Position numbers and translations under genes: made by a program. Shown piece after piece: positions 1-12,797 of a DNA stretch of 64,000 bases. This DNA is from Chlorokybus atmophyticus (Eukaryota; Plantae; Mesostigma and Chlorokybus algae). Under the pieces are notes generated by a model. The model was not told the DNA's origin. It saw nothing but the letters and a program-made list of their open reading frames with translations, and ran no database searches. Positions within the stretch are counted from its first letter, which is position 1. Each line of letters starts with the position of its first letter. Location of the stretch: the NCBI GenBank assembly GCA_009103225.1, contig RHPI01000797.1:805064-869063 (forward strand). The letters are read 5' to 3'.

Positions 1-2486
1 TCGTCCTACCAGCTGTGCTGCATTGCGTGACGAGTATGGCGTGGTGTGCGTATCAAGCATACGGCGCTGTAATGTACACCATAAATCTGCATGTTATGTG
101 TCGTACTAGTTGTACTTACCATATGGCCAGCATCACAGCCACTCCAATTGCTTTGTTTGACATTAACATTTCATGCTTGGCTTAAAGCTTGCATGCTGGT
201 GTGCGTATATACATCTACATAGGTATATGTATACTTGCTGCTTGTGGTGCTTCTTATCGTGCATTTAGACTGCTTTTGCCCTGTGACTTACACCTTATAC
301 ATATATACACGTAGGTGTGTTTGAGTGCCGGGGCTTATGATGCTGCGTGTGCGGTTGTTACGCACGGTAGCACATGACACTCCAATACTTGACAGTTGGT
401 CGTCGTAAAGTGCTGTAGGTGAGCCTAAGCTCTTGCATGCTGTTACTTGCTGACATTCGTATCGCTGAGGGGCTAAGCAACGCGCTCCTAGGACAAGAGC
501 AGAGCTTGCTTGATTGAAGAGGGAAGCTGTATTTTTGTTTGCGCGGGGAAACTATAGTACAGGTAAATGGGCTTGGTGGCATCCGAGCCGGGCCGCAACA
601 CGAAGCTCTCATCGAACGTCACTGTTATGGCGTGGAGACAAAGCAGTATAGCGTAGCAGGTCGGAGACGGCTAAACGGGGTAAATATGACAACAATCTGC
701 CGGAGGGATACCTTTTACCGGCTGACAATGGAGACGCATGGCACGCTTGAGGAGGACTTTCAGCCTGTGCAATTCGCACGCGCAATGTCATGGACGTTGC
801 TAAAAGCGTAGCTGCGCCGCAAGGAGGGTTTTGTATGGCTGTGCCGGGTGGCTTGCGGTGATAGCTAGCACAGGTTATGGCCATCCAGTGGGAGCAGCAG
901 TGTTGGTAGTAATGCCGGGTTGGACGCCCGTGACCCCAAACCCTCCTACCACATAGGCGGACGCGACGCTTGCATAGTTGACATGGGTGGGGCTAGACTT
1001 GCGCGGTGTGGTGTGCGATGCGTGCATATGCGTATGCGGTGTGATGGGAACGCATGCAAAATATACAACATCAATTGCAATTCAGTTGGCCACTAGGCTA
1101 CTTTACAACCCTACCGTACTGCCTTTACCCCATTAGACACGCAATAGTCAACATGATGTTGTAATTGTCTGCCCGCACGGGCGCTGGTTGCTGTGACGTG
1201 ATGCATTCATATATAGTCAAGTGCGAATGAGATAGCTTGGTGGTGCCGGTTGCCTGCTAACAAACACAATATGCTGTGGTTAACGGATGCGTGCAATTGT
1301 GTGCTTGAGTGTGTGTGGTGGACCATGCCACAGCGTGTGAACCTACCTTGGCTGCAACCGCCTTACCTACATCAACTGTTAATGTTGCGTGTATGAAGTG
1401 TGTGGCGGACTCAATGCATGTGTAGAATACATGCAATGATGTGATTGTGACTATTGCATTGCGTATCATAGACTTGCCTCTGCACTTTCAGCTTTCAGTC
1501 AAGTGTGCCATACACGCTCTCCACGCCGTGCATGCATGCGCTTTTGCATGTTTTGCAACTGTATTATTGAAATGCCTAGGTATGATTTAATGATGAGAGT
1601 TGAGTGGTTGATAACATGCATGTTAATGTAGGTGGCTTGTGGTTGCTCCGTATTTCATGCTTGGTTTCACTGTTCAACACTATGATTGCTCGCTCATAGA
1701 CATGTATGTGACACTTGCATTGGCATGCTCTTAGCGGCCGGGTAGGTAAGATGGTAGAATGCAATGTTGTTGTTGAGCATTGCGTGCCATCAAGCGTCTA
1801 TATCATAGATTGCACAGATGCTCGCTTTCATATATATCATATACTTAAAAAGTGCACTTGGATTTGATGGTGTGCATTGTGTTGGTTGTGCTTTTGCTTG
1901 GACAAGCATGAGTTGTGGTGTTTCAACACATTCCATGCGCAATTGATGACTTGCATCAACGAAATATGCACGGACTCTGCACGACACACACCATTTGTAC
2001 ATGTGTGAGAGTTTGTGCTGCACTTAGCTTTGGCTTGACCCTCAAGTGAAGTCATGCTTGCTACTATGTTGCTTGCAGCTGGCCCCTTTCAGTTTTAGTG
2101 AGTTTGTTATACGGCAACTGTAATGATGTTATGACCCTAGTTGCTTATGTTGCTTGTGCTCGACACGCATGCGCTGAGGCATCAGTTATGCTTATGCATG
2201 AGGTCAAGGCCAACGAGCAACACAGAGACATGTCGATACCGACGCCTACATCCAGAGTGCTCAAGTGCTTGCATGTACAGCTGCGCCAACGCCGCCAATC
2301 AGTAGCACAGCAAACCTCAACACAACCCTGCAGCACCTCAACCGTTTCACATTGAGATGACCTGATGCACGACTTCCAGCCCTACTGCTCTCTGATTGTG
2401 AAAACATACTCTCCTTCATGCAATAACAAGTAATGCACGGGGCTCGTGGCTTTGACACAATTTCTCCCCGCTGCACAGCGAGACCA

Positions 2487-4442
2487 CTAATGGGGCGTCT
2501 GCGCAGCTGGCCTGGAGGCCACAACGCGCTGCAACAGCTGGAACGCTTGATCGAAGCTGACAAAAGCGGTGAACCAGAGCTGCAGACAGCACACTCCGTC
2601 AGTACACAAGAAACCACCCAGCAACATGAAACACCCACTTAGATCTCACGCCAGGTAAAGGCTCGAGAGCTGGATAAGGGCTGCATGTTAACACTGCACG
2701 GATGAAATGCACAGCAGTTACCTGCTGTTGATCCGCAAGCATAACATGCACGAATTTCTGATTTGGCTGAATTGGGTTGTGCAGCTTCTCCACACCAGCC
2801 ATCGTATGTAATGTCAAAAACACCTGCAACACAGCAAGGAAACGAACGAGCGCAAGTCAGCATATATGACAATGAACCAATATCAGCGACAAGGAGAATG
2901 CTCTACAGAATATGCAGACATGCAAAAGAATGGAGTGGCAACAAATGCGGTCTGCATTACCTTGTAGTGGTCAAGGACCACCGCATTATTCGCATCCACA
3001 AAGTTTATCCTTGAGTCGCTGCAAAATGCGATGGACAGGTTGCCAATGAACAGCATACCAGGGATGGGGCCTGTTTCCAGCTGCAGCGAGCAGGCAAATG
3101 CTGCAGTGGAATGAACGAAGTTACAATGCTACCGCACAATGCAATACAACAACTGTCTGCCAACCAGCTATGGCAGACAAGAGACAGCAGCAACAACGGC
3201 GATCATAACCACGCACCGTCAATCAGAGTTTCATCAGGGCGAGGAGCAAACCGAGACCGCCACACTTTGGTGTACCCGGATATTGCACCTGTGGTCACTG
3301 TTTGCAGCTTGCCAAAGGCTGTCGACAAGATGCCACTGCCCTCGCGCGGGCCACCAGTGGCAACTGGCACCACAAAACGACTTGTCACAACTAAATTTTG
3401 GGACTTGCTGTTCACACTGCGTGTCTTATGTTATCACTGAATGTACCACAATGCAAAGACAGCATGACACCCTCCACCACGTGCTGACCTCCAATGAACA
3501 AGATCCTGCGCACCAAGTCATGTTTATGCACCCACTTGCAAGCCTCACCATGACTGTAGCCCCGCCGAATGCTGTCGTCAGCCTTCTTCATTGCTTTGTT
3601 CAACGAGTGCAAGAAGCTCGACTGGCCGGGCTGCAAAGGAGGAGAAGGTGGGCGCGGAGGGGCGTCCAGTGCTGGAGCCAAGCTGATGGGAGGCACGTAC
3701 CGGTAAGGGCCTCCAGCGCGGGGAAGTTGTGGCACAGGATGACCCTGCAGCATGCAAGAATGAGAACACACAATTGTTGGTACTGCACCATATAAGCAAC
3801 TGCAACGCATTGCTCAAGCTCTGCTGACGCCAAGCATTGCACACCTTGCATGATTACGTACGCCATTGGGGTTAGCAGACTGGCAACACAACATTTACGT
3901 TCCAGTGCCGTTGCTTGAAGCACATACAACATGCTTGCACTACGTGCACGCAGCATGTCAATGCAGCCATGCTGGCTGTCAAATCACTATAGCGTACTGG
4001 CATGCCGTGCCCCTGAGCTGCAAGCAGACTACCCGCACGCTAGCAACCTAATCTCGCAGGTCACATCGTACACCCCAGTGCAACAACATGCTTACTAGCA
4101 GCGGTTTCTACCGAGACGCATGCATATGCTCATCAAGAAGTCAATTGCAACTCTCGCAAGCACAACGCGCCATGCATGCAACCATGCAAGTCAAATCATG
4201 AACTTCTCACTCACGTGAACGACTTGAGGCTGCGCCGGGTAGGCCTGCTGGTAAGTCGGTTGCTGCGGCTGCCATTGCGGCGCTCCGTAACTTGGAGGCG
4301 GAGCGGCAAACGTGGGCTGCGGAATGTACTGCCCCGCGGGTTGGGTGTGTGGCTGCTGTGGTGGAGGAGCACCCTCGGTATACACCGGTACCGCCGGAGG
4401 AGGTGGATACCCCGCTGGCTGCTGCTGCTGCGGCTGTGCCAT
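2487..4442 (-). CDS. GEM: GEM-like (GLABRA2 expression modulator-like) GRAM-domain protein, 6 exons (approx. 4442-4215, 3744-3549, 3363-3217, 3100-2961, 2823-2722, 2579-2487)
   Basis: Manual GT-AG splicing gives a Pro/Gln/Tyr-rich N-terminus, then ...AFGKLQTVTTGAISGYTKVWRSRFAPRPDETLIDAFACSLQLETGPIPGMLFIGNLSIAFCSD...YK|VFLTLH...NQKFVHVMLADQQQ|LWFTAFVSFDQAFQLLQ. This follows plant GEM proteins motif by motif (FACYLSTSAGPVMG, LAFCSD, EKYIQV, FWFMGF). Confidence 0.9.
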
Positions 4443-5561
4443 GTTAGCAAGCTGAGAAGCAGCTTATCGCGACTAAGCCTGGGCTTCAATCCTCCCACTC
4501 CCTCCTCAGCAAGCTTCTTTCGCCACCGAACACTGTTCAGATGACTGCAGCTGTTGCTGCTCTGAGAGCCCGCAACTCTTCCGCAACGAAGACAAGACTG
4601 CAGCAGACAAGACTTCACCTGAGCTTAGCTTAACTCAGCTCAACTCAACTTCGCTCAGCTTGATTTCTCCTTCGCAGACCAGAAGACTGAATGTGCTAGC
4701 CTTATACCAAGGAGCCTAGGCCCAATCTATACGTGCCGCCTATTGCCGACAACGTCACCGACAACGACGACTGTGTGCTTGCCACTACAGACTGCTGCCA
4801 AGTGGCAGGGTTGACGCCAGCTCGAACCCGATCACGGCATGTTGAGAAAAACCACAACCGACTGCGATCGGTCGACCTGCACGCAGTGGAATTAGGGTTT
4901 GCAGCTGCTTGCGCACAGTACCTTGAGCAGGCGTGCTGTTGGAGGGCGGTTTGGCTTGTGTAGCAGCGAGGTGGTTGCTGGCTAGCTGTATTTGGCTTTT
5001 TCTCAATATGCTAATGAGCGTGCCGGGGTCTGGAGCTGTTCTTAGAACACGGCTGCATGGGGCCGCATGTTTGAGTGCCTGGAACTACTGCTGGTAGGTG
5101 GGTGAGTTTGCTATGCTAATTGAGCTGGCATGCAGTGGCAAGCTTTTCCTCTTCTATTCTTTGTCTGTTGTGTGCAAAAACTTACTCAGCTCGTTTCACA
5201 CTTGTCACAGTGCACGCATGTGCTTGTGCATACTGCTCGTTTCGCAATGCTGCACTGGTGTCGGGTGTTGGTCTATCCGCTGCATGTATGCTGCGCACTG
5301 CATACTGCCTTCTTGCATTGTTCATGTCGCTTGCAACCACTGTACAGCACTATGCACACAGAATGCGCCCTCCTCTTGCAGTGTCCTTCCCCCCCTCACG
5401 AGCATGTTGAGTGACTGCTAAGTGCTGCACGTCCTGCAGGATGCTCACAACAGGGACAGACTGTTGTCACAAGTAACAGTCCCACACTCCAAAAATTGAA
5501 AGTCAGTAACAGAATGCGCAGCAGCGCTCCACACCAAGAGTCTTACTGCTAGCAAATTCCA

Positions 5562-8500
5562 ATGCAGCAGCCCTTCTGGGGGCTTCGCGATGAACCCATT
5601 GAGGGCGGCAGCAACGGTGGAGCTGCGCACCACTACGCTGCGCAGGATCATGTTGTCCGCCACTTCAGGCCCAATGTTGTCGCTGGAGCAGGCCCATCAC
5701 ACACACATATGGAGCGGACGCGAGAAGCACCGAACAATGCGCATATACCGTGGCATGCGCCATCTGACCATGACCGGTTGCAACCACCAAGGAAAGACTC
5801 ATTGCCACCGGCATCAAAGCCTGCAGAGAAGAATCATTCTTTGCGCCACAGCCAGGAAAGGATGCAGCCCAAAGCTGGCAAGACAGGAGCAGCAACAGAA
5901 GACAATTCAAGGCAGAAGAAGTCCAGCAGTGCGGCTATGAAGTCTCAACAACAGGCCAACCAAGCCGGTTCGCAGGTGCCTCCCTCTCGTACAGGACCTG
6001 AGTGCCAAGGGCCGCGGCAGATGGTGCAAGAACCTGCTTTGGCGGCGAATAACAAAACCGTGGGAGCAGCATCATGCAATCAGCTCTGGGGGCAGTTGCA
6101 GCATGCCATGAAAGCTCGTGAGGCTGCCCTTAACAGCCGGTATTACTTGTCCAGTGCCTGCATGGCTTGTCGTGCATGCGATTGCTGTGCACTCTGCGGT
6201 TGCATGTGCCGCGATCTGATGTACTGAGCAGTTGCATCCATGTAGAGAGTCGGCATTGGCAAGGGAACAGAAGAGTATGGCAAAACGTGAGCGCATGTTT
6301 TCAATGAAAAACTCGCTGTATGACAAGGTGCGCTTGTATTGGACATTGCTGTGGCCAGCAGATGTGGCCAGCAGCTGTTGGCCAAGTGGACACGAGTGCT
6401 GTTATTCAAACTGCTGTGCGCCATGCTTGCAGTTGGAGAATGCATTGGCTCAAAGCATGCAGTTGCGTGCTGCCCTGGAGGCACAGCTCCGGCAGCTGCA
6501 GCTGGAGAATGCACGGCTTGCTTTCAATGATGCTGGTGGAGATATTCAGCGGCGGCTTCAAGACCTTGAGGTGCACCTCAGTCAAGTGTCTACTACGCAT
6601 ACACAGCACTCGTGGCAGCACAGTCATATGTACGCTATTGTTTGTGTTATGCAGGCATCGCTGGAGGCAGCAGAGGAGGAGGCGCATGCAGCAAACGAGG
6701 AGTCGGTCCGGCTGCAGGAGGAGCTGGATGCTTTGCAGCGTAAAACAGCAGCAATTCCAGAAAGGCTGCACCCTCCAAGCCATGCTGGGCACGCAGACAA
6801 GCATACCCAAACTCGCCGTCCTGCAAGCACTGTCCCAGTTGGCACTGCAGTAAGAAAAGACACACGCGTTGCGCAAGAAGCTCAGACACAAGCGCCAACG
6901 AGCGAGTCACAGCAACCGCAGTTCACACCTGCAACAAGTCAAGCTGCTATGCTGAATGCTCCCCCAACCGCACCCACAAGGCTGCCTGATCTCAACCAGA
7001 GGTCAACACAGCAGTCTGCAGTCCCTTTAGCAATGCCACAAGCACTGCACAGGCCGCACTCAGCCTCAGCTCCCCCAGCGTCAGCTCAGGAGACGCCAGC
7101 AGGATTGCGCAAGTCTGGGGATTGTTTGCAACACCACGAAACAAGAAACAAGCCGTCGTCATCATTACCAACACCGCTGGCACAACAGCAACAGCCGCAG
7201 CCACCTCCCCCACCGCTGCAACAGCAACGGCAGCAAGAAGAGCCGCAACCGATGCCGCCAGCATGGCAGGACCCAATGAACAATCAGCCCAGAAAACGGC
7301 CTATTGAGTCTCCATTACAGCCGCCTACATGTCGACAGCGTACGGATCATGTGAGCAGCATTGCTTGTCCATGCCTGAGCCAAGGACTGATGCTTGCGCT
7401 CTGATGTGGTGACACTCGGTATATGCCATGCTGTCCTGTGGAGCGCTACACAGTGCATTGAGCTGACCATGCATTGTGCCAGCAACAGGACAGCATGCCA
7501 CCAAGTCTTGTACAGACCAGCACTCAGGTTGCTGTGCCTGATAACGGAGGCGGACTTGGAGATGAGACAGACGTGACAAGTGGCATCAGAGTGAAACAAG
7601 AACCCACCGAAGACACGAGCAGCCAAAAACAGGCGGCAGTACAACCAGTAGCTGTAAAGCAGGAAGTACCTGACCTGAACATGCCACATGAGATGCCCAG
7701 TGGCTTTCCAATCGATAGTCACATACCTCAAAGTTTTGGTGAAGGCCCGCACATGCCACCAGAGATGCCTAGGGGCAATCCACTTGGTAGTCACATACCT
7801 CCAAGTGTTGGTCAAGGCCCGCACGTGCCACAAGAGATGCCTGCGTGCTTTCCGACTGATAGTTGCATACCTCAAAGTGCTGGTCAAGGCGGCACCGCAG
7901 CTGAAAGTCAACAGCAGAGTCAGTGCTCAAGAGTCCCACCCATGTCGACAATCTCTCCAACCGATAGTCACGGCCCTCAAAGTGATGGTCAAGGCGAAAC
8001 GCCAGCTGAGAGTCAACGCCAGAGTCAGCGCCCAAGCGTCCCACCTATGCCTACGGGCTTTCCAACTGATATTCACGTATCTCAACGTGATGGTCAAGGA
8101 GCCACCCCAGCTGAGAGTCAACAGCAGAATCAGCGCCCAAGAGTTCCGCGCAAAGCTGTTGCTCCAAGGAAAGACAGAGACCTAATGCAGGCGCTGCATC
8201 ATGACGCCCCCGAGCTGTTAAAGGTAACAGAGCAGTTATTTGTGACTTGTTTCAGGCTGTATCTAGCACATTTTGGCTGGATGGGTGTTATGCGCCAGCG
8301 ATTGTCGTTAATGTTGTCTCAACACTGCTTCTAAGCATGCATTGTGCCAATTCTAGGAGTTGACAACAAGGGGTTTTGTGGAATCGATGTCATCATCTTG
8401 TGGCGACATTGATACCGGCTTGAGCGAGCGATTCTCAAGCCTAGAGGCCCTGTTGGAGAAGATCTTTCATGTAGATCCTGAGAAGCAAAGTAACCCCACT

Positions 8501-9572
8501 GGTTCTAATCTGATGAACGGTATCGTTGATAATAGCAGATACTGCACAGACGCCTTGGCCAGCCTAATGCAGGTTAGTCGCTGTTTTCATGTCATGGTTG
8601 TCCACAATTGGCTATCGGTTGAGGTTCAATGTGCGCTGCAGTACACCAAAACCAGGAGCCAACAAGCTGATAGCGTTCGATGGGGTTGGTGCGATCGTCT
8701 GCATGCCTTCATCTTTGTGCTTAGTGACTACAACAGGTACGTTTTGCCATTTATAATAACTTCCTAACTGTGTTTGCATCATTAGAGCTGTTGGTTGGTT
8801 TTGTATGTAAGGGGTAATATGCGTCTGCAACTCTGCAACTGTCTGCGCTCCCAGGATCGTGCTGGAGCGTCCACAATACGGGTATGCGACGTACTTCTTC
8901 TGTATGGAGAGCGACACAGGTGTGGACGAGCAGCTTCAGCGCATCATCGCCACTCTGGCCGTGCCCGGCGTGGGCCGCTCAGACCTGCTCGAGAACAAGC
9001 CCCTTGAGATCGGGAAGGACCTCTCGCCGGAGGATGCCGAGGCCCTGGAGCGCTTTGGTTGGAAGCGCGGATGCGGCCTGGCCAGGTCTGTGGGTAGTGT
9101 GCACATTATGTGTGCACATTATATGCAGACGAGTAAAGGAATGCATTGGCAACTGCGATATGCGCATCATGTTCTTATCACATGTTGTGGGCAGCATGTT
9201 GAACTTTGCGGGGCGGACGATGCACGACTACAAGGACAGAGACAAGCACGCTGACCTGGAGTACTGGAGGAAGAAGATTGGGGAGGCCCTGATGCAGGGC
9301 AAGAACACCGGTAATCTTGTTGATGTTGTCTCCATGCCTAACAGCAAAGCACTTGTCACCTCACTCGGTCATAATTGCAAGCATGAATGCTGGCATGCAC
9401 ATGCGTGCACGCATGCGGGGTGGAATTGCATGCAGACACGTATACGCGCACAAACAGACGCGACCATGCACACACAGGCAGAGTGACCTCCCGCAACGTG
9501 CGCGCACCCGATGATAGTGGTAGTGGCAACCGTGCCCCTGTAGATGCCATCCCCATTGCCGTTGCCAATTGA
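5562..9572 (+). CDS. Large multi-exon hypothetical protein: disordered N-terminus, coiled coil, internal peptide repeats, globular C-terminal domain
   Basis: Long ORFs 5562-6227, 6232-7404, 7474-8334, 8360-8767, 8859-9254 and 8884-9486 can be joined at GT-AG sites (e.g. cg|gtatta...tgtag|a, aag|gtaac, ag|gtctgt, g|gtaat...cag|gc). The last exon ends ...IPIAVAN* at 9572. The start codon is uncertain. Confidence 0.72.
7679..8150 (+). repeat. Coding tandem repeats: 3 x 72 nt (24 aa) followed by ~2.5 x 105 nt (35 aa)
   Basis: MPHEMPSGFPIDSHIPQSFGEGPH / MPPEMPRGNPLGSHIPPSVGQGPH / VPQEMPACFPTDSCIPQSAGQG, then GTAAESQQQSQCSRVPPMSTISPTDSHGPQSDGQG / ETPAESQRQSQRPSVPPMPTGFPTDIHVSQRDGQG / ATPAESQQQNQRPRVP. 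Confidence 0.9.
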
Positions 9573-10088
9573 AACCTGCGCAGGTTACTGTACAGAGCGC
9601 AGTCAGAACAGGTGCCAACATTGTCAGGGCACAAAGCCTGCAGTATATAAGTTCACAGTAGTCGCAGTTGATTCGAGTACAGGGTACAGTAGCTAACCAA
9701 AAGATTACATCGAGTGAGATTCTGTGGGTTTCTTGCACATTGTAGCTCTGTTGCTGAAAGATAGGCAGCTGAGTGGAGGAATCCAAGTTTGCATGTGCCT
9801 GCGCTATCTGCATTACAGCATGCTTCTCTTATCACACTTGCTTAGCATGTATGCCCGTGCACGATATTGGAGCACCATCATGCCAGGTATGTCTGCTCAA
9901 TCTTTAGAGAGGTTGGTGCAATATTATTACAACAAAGAACGCTATCGTTCTTATGCATTGCTGATATCCTTACTCGCTGCCGGTTTGCTTGGAAACCTTG
10001 CGTTTCCTGATGTTGTTACTACATGTACAGCTGGAATCCCACAAGTTAATCCTACACCTCACGCTACGGATGCTTGCTGAACCTCCTG

Positions 10089-12120
10089 CTACCTGTACTT
10101 GACAGCGCCAACTCCACTAAATTGCTTCTTCAACGCTTTGGGATTGGCCCAGGCAGAATGAGTATAAGCATCTTCATCATCGTTCTCCAGTGTCTGAATG
10201 CACACAACACCATTGCATCGTTGCATGCGTTGTGTTTATAGTAGTGTACATAAGCACAGATAAAATGCACGGAGTGGGCAAGGAAGTCTCACCTTCTGCA
10301 GCTCCTGCTGCTTGTAGTACCAGGCCATCATCGCCTTCTGTGTCTCAGCATCGGCAACCTGATGACCACAAGTGTTGTGTTGGTAACTTTGTCACAACAT
10401 TGACTCTGAGGGAAACAATGCTGTCACATGGCACATACGGGTTCGCGGACGGGTGCGCCGGCCCCCTTCTTCTGCAGCTTCACAACAATCTGCGTGACAT
10501 CAAGTTGGACAACTAGCTAGGCATGCAACCAACCAACTGCACCCGCAATCGCACATGCAAACCCACCTTAGTCTTCTCGTTTTTACCGACGTAGTCACTG
10601 AGCTTATTCTCCCTGAGCATCTGCTTGCCAGCCCACCACAGCGTAGCCGTCTCCTCATCCATCTCAGTCAAGCTGAACTGCTCGCACACACGCACACAGC
10701 ATATAATAATCACTCGAAGATGAGTTAAAGGTAGTGGCACAGCATGTCACTCAAACACATATGGCTGTATGCAATGCAATACACTCTACCTGCGTGCCAG
10801 TGAGGTCCTCATTGCCTTCAAGGGCGGCCCTGACCGGATCCCACTCTGGCAGGCCAGCGGGGTAGCAGATAGTGACCGCGCCGCCGATCAGCCGCACGCT
10901 CTCCTGCAGCTCCTCCTCAGTCAGCCGCACGCCCGCCTCTACCTGCTTCTGCAATGTGTGGACTTTTTTGAGTTTGTGGTGGTTGTGGTTGTGGAAAAGA
11001 AAGAGAGTGCAGCCTCGCATTGTGATCAGGGGACTTACTCTTGATACCAGGGCCTCCGCCTCTTCAAGAGTTTTAATCAACGTGTTGGCGGTGTTGGGGT
11101 CACAAGCTGCAATGACAGTGTGTCACTCAAGTGGATTGTTCAGGATATCAACACAGATGTGTCTGTGCGCGTGCACATGCACGCGCGGGTGCGCACGTGC
11201 GCACGCGGGCATGTATGCGTGTATTTTGGTGTAGAGGTTATGTGCATGCCTGCGTGTGTTTGTGGAAAGATTGTGCATGTGCCTCACGCACCTTCCCCGG
11301 TGCGACGGCCGGTTGGGTCGGGTGTGTAGAAGGGACCCCTGGCTTCTTTTCCTGATGCAGGGTCTGAGCTCAGGCTCAGACCCTGCATGCCCTCTACCTC
11401 CTCATCCAGACCCTTTGTGTACATGCCACCAAACAATTAGATAGAAGTCAGCCAACAGAGCGGTTGGCACACTCTGCTGCATGCGCCACTTCAACACTGT
11501 GCATCTGAACTCCAACACTGGTAACATGGCAATGAAGAAGCAAGAAAGAAACAAACATCAAGAACTGTCGAGTGCACGCAATTGCAACTTCCCTGACAGA
11601 AAAGTGACACGAACAAGTAACATTGAATATCAAAGTGGCAAACTGGTCACTGAAATTGTGGGTGGCAACATGTCACTAGAATAACTCACTAGTAAAAGTC
11701 AACAGTATGAAGATAACTGACAGTCATGTGATCGTAGTATGTATGTGACAGCAACAACAACAACAACGACGACACAATCAGTAGTTCTGATACCAAAATA
11801 CGCGAAAAGGCTGAAATGATGATCACAACAACAACAACAGCCTCACAACAACGTTGAGAACAACAGAAGCTAACGGAAGCTTGCAGTGCAGTTGCCATGC
11901 TGGCCAGGACTTCGCCCCCACCCACCTGCATCTCCGGTCGTTTCGCCACCCCATACCTCCCCAGCTCCCTCCCCTCCAACCCCAACCTCCCGACCCGCTG
12001 CCGCAGGTTGCTGACGCGGGCCGCCCGCCTCGCCACCGCCCCGACGAGCTCGGAGGAGGGGGACTCAAGGAGGAACTGGGAGGAGTCGTCGCCGGAAGAC
12101 TTCACGTGGAGGAGGACCAT
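10089..12120 (-). CDS. CFAP298: Cilia- and flagella-associated protein 298 (C21orf59/FBB18 family)
   Basis: Spliced product MVLLHVKSSGDDSSQFLLE...RVSNLRQRVGRL...YGVAKRPEMQ|GLDEE...YTPDPTGRRTGE...IGGAVTICYPAGLPEWDPVR...ATLWWAGKQMLRENKLSDYVGKNEKTK|IVVKLQKKGAGAPVREP|...QKAMMAWYYKQQE...DDEDAYTHSAWANPKALKKQF. These are hallmark C21orf59 motifs. Confidence 0.93.
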
Positions 12121-12512
12121 GACGTTGGGGGTATGCGTGTCACCTGGAGAAGGCTCCCTCCCCTTTGCTGGTGGCGGTGGTGGCGGTGGTGGTGGTGGTG
12201 GTGGTGTCAACCGCCAACCGAGTCGCGGGGCGGAGTGCTGGCGCGGCGCGAGGGTAGTCACGTGATGCGCTATGGTGTGACGCATCACGCAGGACAACAC
12301 CTCCTCCTGATGTACAGCACCCTCACTATTGCCATACACATGCAAGTGCTCGATTGTCATTTGCAACCATGCCTAGCCTAACCATGATGCAATACACTGT
12401 ATAACAGTATGTAATTTTCACCCAGCCCACCAACTTCCCATTTACTTAAGGGCAGGAATTCTCGTCAAATCGCACTGGTTGATCAGCGTCTCGTTTTATG
12501 GAACGGGGGGTG

Positions 12513-12546
<34 letters not shown>

Positions 12547-12797
12547 NNNNNNNNNNNNNNNNNNNNNNNNNNNNNNNNNNNNNNNNNNNNNNNNNNNNNN
12601 NNNNNNNNNNNNNNNNNNNNNNNNNNNNNNNNNNNNNNNNNNNNNNNNNNNNNNNNNNNNNNNNNNNNNNNNNNNNNNNNNNNNNNNNNNNNNNNNNNNN
12701 NNNNNNNNNNNNNNNNNNNNNNNNNNNNNNNNNNNNNNNNNNNNNNNNNNNNNNNNNNNNNNNNNNNNNNNNNNNNNNNNNNNNNNNNNNNNNNNNN
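12547..12797. other. Assembly gap (N run) flanked by poly-G
   Basis: Run of N with G homopolymers on both sides. Confidence 1.

Noticed and set aside
539-811. 90-aa ORF with fairly ordinary composition
   Set aside because: No recognisable motif, no ATG start and no convincing splice context.
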